DNA of 62,426 nt, from assembly GCA_031423755.1 (NCBI GenBank), contig JANPGC010000174.1, positions 1-62,426 of the forward strand, given 5' to 3'. Below are positions 36,499-44,321 of the stretch, one piece after another. The notes below the pieces were generated by a model. It ran no database searches. It was not told the DNA's origin and was given only the letters and a program-made list of their open reading frames with translations. Source of the stretch: Phyllobacteriaceae bacterium. GTDB taxonomy: Bacteria > Pseudomonadota > Alphaproteobacteria > Rhizobiales > Rhizobiaceae. Position 1 is the first letter of the stretch. Every line of letters begins with the position of its first letter. Position numbers and translations under genes: made by a program.

Positions 36499-36523
36499 AA
36501 CGCCGCTGACGGCACACGGTTCC
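36499..36523 (-). promoter_or_regulatory. EcfG-type GSR promoter (GGAAC-N16-CGTT) for the EF-hand / YflT-like gene pair
   Basis: Plus strand reads AACG-ccgctgacggcacacg-GTTCC, exact on the minus strand, 57 nt upstream of ATG 36442. Confidence 0.65.
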
Positions 36524-36833
36524 ACCTGCATTTTGAGGGATCCACAACTCGAAGCGCGAGTTTGACGCGGTTCACTGTCAACCATTGGATCGCGCAAGTT
36601 TGAAAACCGCAAGGCAAGTGCTGCTCTTCAGCCAAGTCGCCAATTGCAGTGCTTGTCATCTGGACCACAGCGCAGCGCAATTTGTCCGTAGCGACAGCAC
36701 TGGATATGTTCAACTCAGGTACACCGCTTGGCCCGGTAGAGCAGACGGCAAGCTATGGAACAATGCGCTTGAGCTGAAACTGCGGAAATCAGCCAAATCA
36801 TGTATGAAATTGATATCTTTTTGGATCTTCAAA

Positions 36834-36851
36834 AGTTGACAGCTGTCAACT
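36834..36851. repeat. 18-bp perfect palindrome AGTTGACAGCTGTCAACT (possible hpa-operon terminator or operator)
   Basis: Perfect dyad 65 nt downstream of the hpaI stop. On the minus strand it is followed by TTTG. AT-rich short stem with a 4-nt loop. Confidence 0.35.
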
Positions 36852-36915
36852 ATTGCGGGCGCGCCTGCTTATCCCGGAACTCATTCGATGGTCTCAACAG
36901 GCCGACCCCATCATT

Positions 36916-37719
36916 TCAATAGCCGGCGTCACGTTTGACTTGACCATCGCCACCTTGACGGACACTGCGCGCCAGATTGGCCATTGCGTTGCTGAACAGT
37001 GTCACGTCGTTGCCGACTGCCACGAACGTGCAGCCAAGCGACAGGTAGCGTTGCACCAGAGATTGGTCTGAGGTCAGAATCCCGGCAGCCTTGCTGCAGG
37101 CGATGATGCGCAAGATCGCGTCCTCGACCGCTGCCTGCACCTCCGGCGCGCCGGGCCTGCCGAGGTAACCCATATCGGCGGCAAGATCGGCCGGGCCGAT
37201 AAACACACCATCGACGCCCTCGGTATTGGCAATGTCCTCGAGCGCCGCCAGACCCGCGCGGCTTTCGATTTGCAGGAGGAGGCAGACCTGTTCGTTTGCC
37301 GTTTGCAGATAGTCAGGAATGGCATTGAACCTCGACGCCCGTGCCAACGCAGCGCCGACGCCGCGCATTCCGCGTGGCGGATAGAGCATCGCTCTTACCA
37401 GTTCCTCGGCTTGCGCACCGCTTTCCACCATCGGGACCAGAATGGTCTGCGCCCCGATATCGAGAACCTGCTTGATCATCCAGCTCTCGCCGATTGGAAG
37501 ACGCGCCACCGGATGCGACGGCGAGGCGGACAGGGCCTGAAGTTGAGCCAAAAGCAAAGGAATGTCATTGGGCGCATGCTCGCCGTCGAGCAGCAGCCAA
37601 TCAAACCCGGCACCACCAGAAATTTCAGCGGTGTAGGCATTGGCCAGTGCCAGCCAGAAGCCGATCTGCGGCTTTCCGGCCTTCAGCGCGGCTTTGAATG
37701 GATTGACGGGAGCGGGCAT
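36916..37719 (-). CDS. hpaI: 4-hydroxy-2-oxoheptanedioate (HKHD) aldolase
   Basis: 267 aa from ATG 37719. Near-colinear with E. coli HpaI ([16 protein letters not shown]...[15 protein letters not shown]...[17 protein letters not shown]). Confidence 0.88.
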   Translation of the reverse strand: MPAPVNPFKAALKAGKPQIGFWLALANAYTAEISGGAGFDWLLLDGEHAPNDIPLLLAQLQALSASPSHPVARLPIGESWMIKQVLDIGAQTILVPMVESGAQAEELVRAMLYPPRGMRGVGAALARASRFNAIPDYLQTANEQVCLLLQIESRAGLAALEDIANTEGVDGVFIGPADLAADMGYLGRPGAPEVQAAVEDAILRIIACSKAAGILTSDQSLVQRYLSLGCTFVAVGNDVTLFSNAMANLARSVRQGGDGQVKRDAGY

Positions 37720-37726
37720 TCTGGCC

Positions 37727-38527
37727 TCAAACAAATGTGCATGACACGGAGCCGAACGGACCGAAGTCTGCTTCGACAAGACTGCCGGACGGCGCTTCGA
37801 CGGGACGGATAAACGAGCCTGACAGCACGACATCCCCGGCGTTGATCGAACCGCCGTAGACTTCAAGACGGTTTGCCAGCCACGCGATGCCCATGGCCGG
37901 ATCGTTCAGCACCCCGGCGCCAAGGCCGGTTTCCTCGACCTCGCCATTGCGCGATACGATTGCGCCCACCCAGCGCAAATCCATTGCGCGTGGGTCGTGC
38001 TTCTGGCGGCCAAGCACGATGCCGGCATTGGCGGCATTGTCGGAAATGGTGTCGAAGATGGTGCGGGCTTTCTTGGTTTCCGGGTCCGTGCGCACAATGC
38101 GCGTATCAAGAATTTCGAGAGACGGCGCGACGTAATCCGTGGCTGCCAGCACCTGCTCTGTCGTACAATCCGGACCTGACAGGTCTGATTTCATCACGAA
38201 CGCAATTTCGGCTTCGATGCGCGGCTGGATGAAGCGGTGCTTCGGGATCGCCTCGCCATCCTGGAAGAACATGTCATCAAGCAAAACGCCGGAATCCGGG
38301 ATGTCAATGTTGAGCGCATATTGCATCGCCTTCGATGTCAGTCCGATTTTCCAGCCTTTGACGATGCGGCCACGCGCAATCTTGCGGCGCACCCATGCTG
38401 CCTGAATGGCATAAGCGTCGTCCATGGTGATTGACGGATGGGCAAGGCTGAGCAGGCCAATTTGCTTGCGGCAGCGTTCAGCGCTGTCCAGCGAGGCCGC
38501 CGCAACTTCGATGTCTTGGGGCGTCAT
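37727..38527 (-). CDS. hpaH: 2-oxo-hept-4-ene-1,7-dioate hydratase
   Basis: 266 aa. Strong resemblance to E. coli HpaH ([32 protein letters not shown]; [12 protein letters not shown]; GVLN.PA.G.AWLAN). Confidence 0.88.
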   Translation of the reverse strand: MTPQDIEVAAASLDSAERCRKQIGLLSLAHPSITMDDAYAIQAAWVRRKIARGRIVKGWKIGLTSKAMQYALNIDIPDSGVLLDDMFFQDGEAIPKHRFIQPRIEAEIAFVMKSDLSGPDCTTEQVLAATDYVAPSLEILDTRIVRTDPETKKARTIFDTISDNAANAGIVLGRQKHDPRAMDLRWVGAIVSRNGEVEETGLGAGVLNDPAMGIAWLANRLEVYGGSINAGDVVLSGSFIRPVEAPSGSLVEADFGPFGSVSCTFV

Positions 38528-39399
38528 TTGAGCACCTCGTCGACCACGGTATTGGACAATTTCCCGATGCCCTCGGCTTCCACCTCAACCACATCGCCGG
38601 GCTTCAGCCAGATCGGCGGATCAAACCGCGCACCTGCCCCTGTTGGCGTGCCGCAAACAATCGTGTCGCCAGGAGCCAGCGTCGCGAAGGTCGAGATGTA
38701 ATTGATGATTTTGCGGAAGGAAAAAATCATCCTGCTGGTGCGGTCGTCTTGCCGAAGCTCCCTGTTTACGCGGGTGGTCAAACGGATATCCGCCAGCTGG
38801 CTTTCATGGACGAAAGGCACCAGCCATGGACCGATGGCACCGGAGCGGTCAAAATTTTTGCCTTGTGTGACGTTGAATTTGGCGTGGCGTACCCAGTCGC
38901 GAAGCGTGCCTTCGTTGCACAGCGAGAGCGCGGCGATGTGCGTGAGTGCATCGTTTTCGGGGATGCGCCGTCCGCCTTTGCCGATGATGATGACAATCTC
39001 GCCTTCGTAGTCGAACTGTGGCGATTCAGGCGGGCGGATGATCGCTTCTGCGTGCCCGACAAATGAGCGCGGAAAGCGGATGAACAGCGACATGTTGTTC
39101 GGCGCTTCCTGTCCGTCCTTGTATTCCTCATTACGGTCCAGAAAGTTGACGCCGACGCATATGATTTTTTCCGGATTTGGCACGGGAATATCAAAGGCCA
39201 CCTCCTCCAGCCCAAAGTCCGTTGCGTGGCGCTGGCCTTCGTGGAACAGCTCCTTCAGCGCGTCAGCCTCGATCACATTGCGCACGGTCGGCCATTTGTT
39301 GCCAAGCCGCGCTGACAGATCGACAACCCCGCCCTCTTTGGCAAGGCCGTAGCCCGGCTTGCCATTGCGGATGAAGGAAAGGAGACGCAGCTGGGTCAT
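38524..39399 (-). CDS. FAH-family protein, probable OPET decarboxylase / HHDD isomerase (HpaG-like, single domain)
   Basis: 291 aa. FAH fold motifs (KIICVGVNF, DYEGEIVIIIGKGG, GD.I..GTP.G). ATGA overlaps on both sides within the hpa operon. Confidence 0.75.
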   Translation of the reverse strand: MTQLRLLSFIRNGKPGYGLAKEGGVVDLSARLGNKWPTVRNVIEADALKELFHEGQRHATDFGLEEVAFDIPVPNPEKIICVGVNFLDRNEEYKDGQEAPNNMSLFIRFPRSFVGHAEAIIRPPESPQFDYEGEIVIIIGKGGRRIPENDALTHIAALSLCNEGTLRDWVRHAKFNVTQGKNFDRSGAIGPWLVPFVHESQLADIRLTTRVNRELRQDDRTSRMIFSFRKIINYISTFATLAPGDTIVCGTPTGAGARFDPPIWLKPGDVVEVEAEGIGKLSNTVVDEVLK

Positions 39400-40820
39400 G
39401 GGTTGTTCCGTTGCATGCGGGAGGCGATTTTGGTGATGGCGACAAAGGCGATTTCGGCATCAGCTTCTGCCATGGCAAACGAGCCGGCCTGAAAGCGGAT
39501 GACGATGCGGCCATCGAGATTTGTCTGGGTCAGATAAATCCGGCCATCGGCGTTTATGGCGTTGACCAAATCGAGATTGTGCCCGTCAAGGTCCATCACA
39601 CCTTTTGGCTCGTGCCGGAACGAGAACAGCGACAGCATTGGCTGGCTGGCAACGCGGAAATCCGGAGTGGCGGCCAGTCGGCCGGCAAGTTTCTGCGACC
39701 AGCGAACATGGTTGCGGATCATGGACCTTAATCCGTCGAGACCGTAGGCCCGCAACAGGAACCAGATTTTCAGTGCGCGGAATCGGCGGCCAAGCGGCAC
39801 TGACCACTCCGAATAATTGATGATGCCGTCGGTGCCGTGGGTTTTCAGATATTCGGGCTTGATGGCGAGCGTGCGCACCAGATCATCCGGATCGCGGATG
39901 AAATGGGCGGCACAGTCAAACTGTGCGCCAAGCCATTTGTGGGGGTTGAAGACGATGGAATCGACCTTCTCAATACCGCACCAATAGTGCCTGAATTCCG
40001 CGCAGATCATTGCCGAGCCCGCCCAAGCCGCGTCAACATGTACGAACAACCCATGCTTTGCCGCCACCGCGCAAACAGCGGCAATGTCGTCGGTCGCGCC
40101 GACGCTGGTGCCACCGACACAGGCGATGATGCCCGCAGGCAAGTATCCGGCCGCCTTGTCAGCGGTGATCACGGCCTCCAGTGCGGCAACATCCATGCCA
40201 CGCAACTCGCCTTGGACGGCGATACGCACCAGATTGTCTGCGCCAATGCCTGACACCCAGATAGCGCGGTCAATCGATGTGTGCACCTGACCGGAGCAAT
40301 AGACGCGCAGCGTCTTTTGCCCTGCCAAACCTTGGCTGTTGCCGCGCCATGCAAGCGCCCGTTCGCGCATCACCAGCACGGCGGCCAGTGTTGCAGATGA
40401 GGCGGAATCCTGAATGACGCCGGCGAAGCCTTCCGGCAATCCGATGGCTTGGCGCAGCCAGTCTAGCACGCGGGTTTCAAGCTCCGTCGCGGCTGGCGAG
40501 GTCTGCCAGAGCATGCACTGCGCGGCCATCGCATTGACCAGATGTTCGGCAACCACGGAAGCAGGCGCGGCGTTGGCTGGAAAGTAAGCAAAGAAGCGCG
40601 GATGCTGCCAATGGGTCATGCCCGGAACGATGGTGCGCTCAAAATCCGCGAAGATCGCATCCATCGGCTCGGCAGATTCCGGCGGCGTAGCGGGCACGGC
40701 GTTGAAAATTTCACCCGGCTTCACACTGGCCCTCACAGGCCGCTCACCAAGCGAGGCGCGGTAATCGACGCCCCAGTCAGCGGCCTTGCGGGCCCAAGTG
40801 CGAAACTCGTTCTCGTTCAT
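39396..40820 (-). CDS. PLP-dependent aromatic-L-amino-acid (DOPA/tyrosine-type) decarboxylase
   Basis: 474 aa group II decarboxylase. Motifs HWQHPRFFAYFP, PLP-lysine motif NPHKW, and LPLGRRFRALKIWF. Catalytic-loop Tyr (GIINYSEW) and active-site His (QVHTSIDRA) are retained. Confidence 0.85.
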   Translation of the reverse strand: MNENEFRTWARKAADWGVDYRASLGERPVRASVKPGEIFNAVPATPPESAEPMDAIFADFERTIVPGMTHWQHPRFFAYFPANAAPASVVAEHLVNAMAAQCMLWQTSPAATELETRVLDWLRQAIGLPEGFAGVIQDSASSATLAAVLVMRERALAWRGNSQGLAGQKTLRVYCSGQVHTSIDRAIWVSGIGADNLVRIAVQGELRGMDVAALEAVITADKAAGYLPAGIIACVGGTSVGATDDIAAVCAVAAKHGLFVHVDAAWAGSAMICAEFRHYWCGIEKVDSIVFNPHKWLGAQFDCAAHFIRDPDDLVRTLAIKPEYLKTHGTDGIINYSEWSVPLGRRFRALKIWFLLRAYGLDGLRSMIRNHVRWSQKLAGRLAATPDFRVASQPMLSLFSFRHEPKGVMDLDGHNLDLVNAINADGRIYLTQTNLDGRIVIRFQAGSFAMAEADAEIAFVAITKIASRMQRNNP

Positions 40821-40831
40821 TTTAAATGTCC

Positions 40832-41812
40832 TTATGGCGCAACAATCGGCTGTGCTTTCAGTATCGCGTCTGCAGTCTCGACGCCATCAAACAGGCTGCC
40901 TTCTTCGAACCAGCTCTTGGGCGCAGGGGCGCCCCAGAGCGTCTGGCGTTGCGGGTCTTTGAGGTCCCATTTGATCGGATCGAGGTCCGGATCGACGGTC
41001 TGGTAATCTGAACAGTAGATTTCGATGCGATGGCCATCCGGGTCGCGGATGTAGAGGAAAAAGGCGTTGGAAATGCCATGCCGGCCCGGACCGCGCTCAA
41101 TGTTCTTGAGGTAACCGGTGGTGGACATCAGGTCGAGTAGATCGATTATATTGAGCGGTGTCGGCACCCAGAACGCGACGTGATGCAGCCGCGGGCCGTG
41201 GCCGTTGGTGAAGGCCATGTCATGCACGCCGCCCTTGCGGTGCATCCATGCGGCCCACAGTTTCTTGCTCTCGTCATCTTCGGTGTATTCGGTGACGCGG
41301 AAGCCCATGGAATTGTAGAACTCCACGGATGCATCGACGCTTTGCGTAAAGCAATTGAAGTGGTCAATGCGCAGCGGCTTGACGCCCCGATAGAGCTTGT
41401 ACTGCTGGTGGATGGGCGAAAGCTTGTCGATTGACGCATAGAATTCGAGTGGAATGCCCTGATGGTCTGACGTAAGGAGTGTGCGCCCTTGGTATGGGCG
41501 CTTTACCCATTCTGCCTTGCGCCCGCGTGCCTCAAACCAGCCCTTGGCGGCATCGAGGTCATCCTCGGAATAGACCTTGAAACCAAGCACCCGCACCAGC
41601 GGCTTGTCGCCCTTGGTCAGAATGATGCAATGATGGCCTCGCTCCTCCATGGCCCGAAGATAGATGCGTTTGTCGTCTTCGCCCGTGACTTGAAGGCCAA
41701 GTGTGTCCGCCCAAAAGGCCCTGCTCGCGGCGAGGTCTGTCACGACCAGCTCAACGTGGCTGAGGCGCACGACGTTGAAATCGGGATAGAGATTTGATGT
41801 TGGAACCGGCAT
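40832..41812 (-). CDS. hpaD: 3,4-dihydroxyphenylacetate (homoprotocatechuate) 2,3-dioxygenase, type I extradiol (VOC fold)
   Basis: 326 aa. Two VOC modules (RLSHVELVVTDL..., RIDHFNCF..., HHVAF, HGISNAFFLY.RDPDGHRIE), like the Brevibacterium/Arthrobacter HPCD type. Sits between hpaE and the decarboxylase. Confidence 0.85.
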   Translation of the reverse strand: MPVPTSNLYPDFNVVRLSHVELVVTDLAASRAFWADTLGLQVTGEDDKRIYLRAMEERGHHCIILTKGDKPLVRVLGFKVYSEDDLDAAKGWFEARGRKAEWVKRPYQGRTLLTSDHQGIPLEFYASIDKLSPIHQQYKLYRGVKPLRIDHFNCFTQSVDASVEFYNSMGFRVTEYTEDDESKKLWAAWMHRKGGVHDMAFTNGHGPRLHHVAFWVPTPLNIIDLLDLMSTTGYLKNIERGPGRHGISNAFFLYIRDPDGHRIEIYCSDYQTVDPDLDPIKWDLKDPQRQTLWGAPAPKSWFEEGSLFDGVETADAILKAQPIVAP

Positions 41813-41815
41813 TGT

Positions 41816-43333
41816 TCAGCCCCCCAGCTTCTGGATCGCGTGCGGCGCAGTGGCGAATGCAATGTTCTTGGTTTCCATGTAAAAATCGAACGAATGATCG
41901 CCGCCATCGCGGCCAATGCCGGAGTTTTTCACGCCGCCGAACGGCGTCGGCAAATGGCGGACGTTCTCGGAATTCACCCAGATCATTCCGGCCTCCAGCC
42001 CATCTGAGAAACGGAAGGCGCGGGTGACATCGCTGGTCCAGAGGTAGCCGGTCAGGCCGTATTGAACATCATTGGCCAGCGCCAGCGCCTCGGCTTCGTC
42101 CTTGAACGGAATGGCTGTCAGCACAGGTCCGAAAATTTCCTCTTGCGCGATGCGCATCTGGTTGTTGGCACCGGTGAAGAGCGTCGGCGAGACATAGCAG
42201 CCGCCTCCGGGGCCATCGAACTTGTTGCCACCAGCCGCGACAATCGCGCCCTCGCTTTTGCCGATTTCTATGTATTCCAAGACTTTCTTTTCGTGCACCG
42301 GATGGATCAACGGGCCGACAACTGTTGCAGGATCAAGCGGATGGCCAACCTTGATGCGTTTGGCCTTCTCCGCGACCATGGCGGTGAATTTCTCGTAGAT
42401 CGATGCCTCTACCAAAAGGCGAGACGAAGAGGTGCAGCGTTCGCCGTTGAGCGAGTAGATCATGAAGACGGCGGCATCGGCGGCGCGTTCGAGATCGGCG
42501 TCGGCAAACACGACGCACGGGTTTTTGCCACCAAGTTCGAAGTGGACGCGCTTCAATGTTGCCGCCCCCTGGCGCATGATCATCGAACCGGTACGGCTTT
42601 CACCGACGAAGCCGATGGCCTTGATATCCGGATGTTCGGTGAGCGCCTTGCCTGCCTCTTCGCCAAGCCCGTTGATCAGGTTCCAGACGCCCTTCGGCAG
42701 CCCGGCTTCCTCGGCGATCTCAACCAAGAGCCGCGCCGTTAATGGCGAGAATTCGGCAGGCTTGTGCACAATGGTACAGCCTGCCGCCAGTGCCGGAGCG
42801 ATCTTCCAAGTGGACAGCATGAACGGCGTGTTCCATGGCGTTATCACACCAACCGGGCCAATCGGCACCCGCGTGGTCATGTTGACCTGGCCCTCCGTGC
42901 GCAGTGTTTCACCATCGCGGGCTTGCGGCGCAAGATCGGCGAAATAGCGGAAATTTTCCGCCCCGCGCAGTGCGGCTTTGGCCATGAATTTCAGCGATTG
43001 GCCGGTGTCCATGCACTCGACGAACGCAAGCTCTTCGGCGCGGGCAGCGATGGCATCGGCGATCTGGTGCAAAAGCCTTTTGCGCGCTGTGCCCGGCATT
43101 GCCGCCCAATCCTTGAAGGCAGCCTTGGCAGCCTTGGCCGCGCGGTCGATGTCTTCCGCTTTGCCTCGCGCGACACGGGCCATGGGTTTCAGATCAATGG
43201 GCGAAATGATCTCGAACGTGGACCCGTCGGCGGCGGGCACAGCTTCGCCGCCGATCTGATTCAAGACGCCATGGTCGCGGAACCGCTTGAGATACAGGTT
43301 CGCTTTTGCAATGTTGGCTTCAAGTTGCGACAT
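41816..43333 (-). CDS. hpaE: 5-carboxymethyl-2-hydroxymuconate semialdehyde dehydrogenase
   Basis: 505-aa NAD aldehyde dehydrogenase (ELGGKNP, catalytic Cys in GERCTSSSR). hpa operon context. Confidence 0.85.
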   Translation of the reverse strand: MSQLEANIAKANLYLKRFRDHGVLNQIGGEAVPAADGSTFEIISPIDLKPMARVARGKAEDIDRAAKAAKAAFKDWAAMPGTARKRLLHQIADAIAARAEELAFVECMDTGQSLKFMAKAALRGAENFRYFADLAPQARDGETLRTEGQVNMTTRVPIGPVGVITPWNTPFMLSTWKIAPALAAGCTIVHKPAEFSPLTARLLVEIAEEAGLPKGVWNLINGLGEEAGKALTEHPDIKAIGFVGESRTGSMIMRQGAATLKRVHFELGGKNPCVVFADADLERAADAAVFMIYSLNGERCTSSSRLLVEASIYEKFTAMVAEKAKRIKVGHPLDPATVVGPLIHPVHEKKVLEYIEIGKSEGAIVAAGGNKFDGPGGGCYVSPTLFTGANNQMRIAQEEIFGPVLTAIPFKDEAEALALANDVQYGLTGYLWTSDVTRAFRFSDGLEAGMIWVNSENVRHLPTPFGGVKNSGIGRDGGDHSFDFYMETKNIAFATAPHAIQKLGG

Positions 43334-43344
43334 GGTTGCTCCCG

Positions 43345-43731
43345 TCAGGATCCGCGCAGCCGCGCGTGGATGGCATTTTTCTTCCAGCTCAATGCCGGAT
43401 CGTTTTCGACAAGGTCAACTGAAAGAGCAAAGTGAGGCGTCGCAAACAGCGGCGCGAGCATTTGCGAAAGTGTCGAATGCAATGTCTCTCCGACGCGCTT
43501 CTTTTCCTCAAGCGTACGCCCTGCCCCGATGCGAACAAGCACGGCGAGAAACGCATTCTCCCGCGCTTCGTCTGCAATCGCATAATGATCGCAACGAAGC
43601 GCCCGCACACGCACGGCGCCAAGCTCGAACAGGCCGGTGTCCATCATTGTGGCCTTGGCCGCCTTGCACAGCTCGGCGATATCAACCGTGGCCTCCAGAT
43701 TGGCTGAATATTCCATCGTCAGATGCGGCAA
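43345..43731 (-). CDS. hpaF: 5-carboxymethyl-2-hydroxymuconate isomerase (tautomerase superfamily)
   Basis: 128 aa. TTG start giving (M)PHLTMEYSANL, colinear with E. coli HpcD MPHFIVECSDNI. GGGGAGAG RBS. Confidence 0.85.
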   Translation of the reverse strand: MPHLTMEYSANLEATVDIAELCKAAKATMMDTGLFELGAVRVRALRCDHYAIADEARENAFLAVLVRIGAGRTLEEKKRVGETLHSTLSQMLAPLFATPHFALSVDLVENDPALSWKKNAIHARLRGS

Positions 43732-43756
43732 CGCTCTCTCCCCAACCGTTATTTGA

Positions 43757-43768
43757 TTAACATGTTAA
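43757..43768. promoter_or_regulatory. 12-bp perfect palindrome TTAACATGTTAA, candidate HpaR (MarR) operator
   Basis: Lies in the 105-bp divergent hpaF/hpaR region, 26 nt upstream of the hpaF start. Confidence 0.4.
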
Positions 43769-43836
43769 ATATAAGCGGTTCTGTCAAGCCGATTTTGCCG
43801 TTTGCGATGAGAATCGGAATCTGGAATAAGCGGCCC

Positions 43837-44319
43837 ATGGTTACAGGATCAGATCCCCTCGTTGGCGACAATTCCAACAACGCGCCTGTTGATGGCGTGC
43901 AGCCACGACTGACGCGCCGCTCACTGCCAATTGCTCTGCTTCGTGCGCGTGAATCCGTGATGGCCAAGTTCCGCCCGATGCTTGCCAGACATGACATGAA
44001 CGAACAGCAATGGCGCGTCATCCGCATTCTTGGCGAGGCCGGAGAGTTGGACGCAACGGAACTGGCGGACCGGGCGCTGGTGCTGGCCCCGAGCCTGACC
44101 CGCATGATCAAATCGCTGAAAACCCGCAAGTTGATCACGCTGCGCAAAGACAAGGAGGACGGCCGCCGGACGCTGATTTCAATCACGCCAGCAGCACGGA
44201 AGCTGATCGCAGAAATTTCTCCGGAAAGCATGCAGATCTACCGCGATCTCGAAAAGTCCTTCGGCAAGGACGAAATGGAACGGCTGCTTGATCTGCTCGA
44301 GGCTGTATCGAAGCTTTAG
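43837..44319 (+). CDS. hpaR: Homoprotocatechuate degradation operon regulator, MarR family
   Basis: 160 aa from ATG 43837 (alternative ATG at 43807). Colinear with E. coli HpaR (IALLRARESVMAKFRPMLARHDMNEQQWRVIRIL). Confidence 0.8.
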   Translation: MVTGSDPLVGDNSNNAPVDGVQPRLTRRSLPIALLRARESVMAKFRPMLARHDMNEQQWRVIRILGEAGELDATELADRALVLAPSLTRMIKSLKTRKLITLRKDKEDGRRTLISITPAARKLIAEISPESMQIYRDLEKSFGKDEMERLLDLLEAVSKL

Positions 44320-44321
44320 CA

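Noticed and set aside
36585-36839. 84-aa plus-strand ORF in the large intergenic gap
   Set aside because: No Shine-Dalgarno sequence, odd composition and no family resemblance. Kept only as part of the 'unexplained gap' observation.
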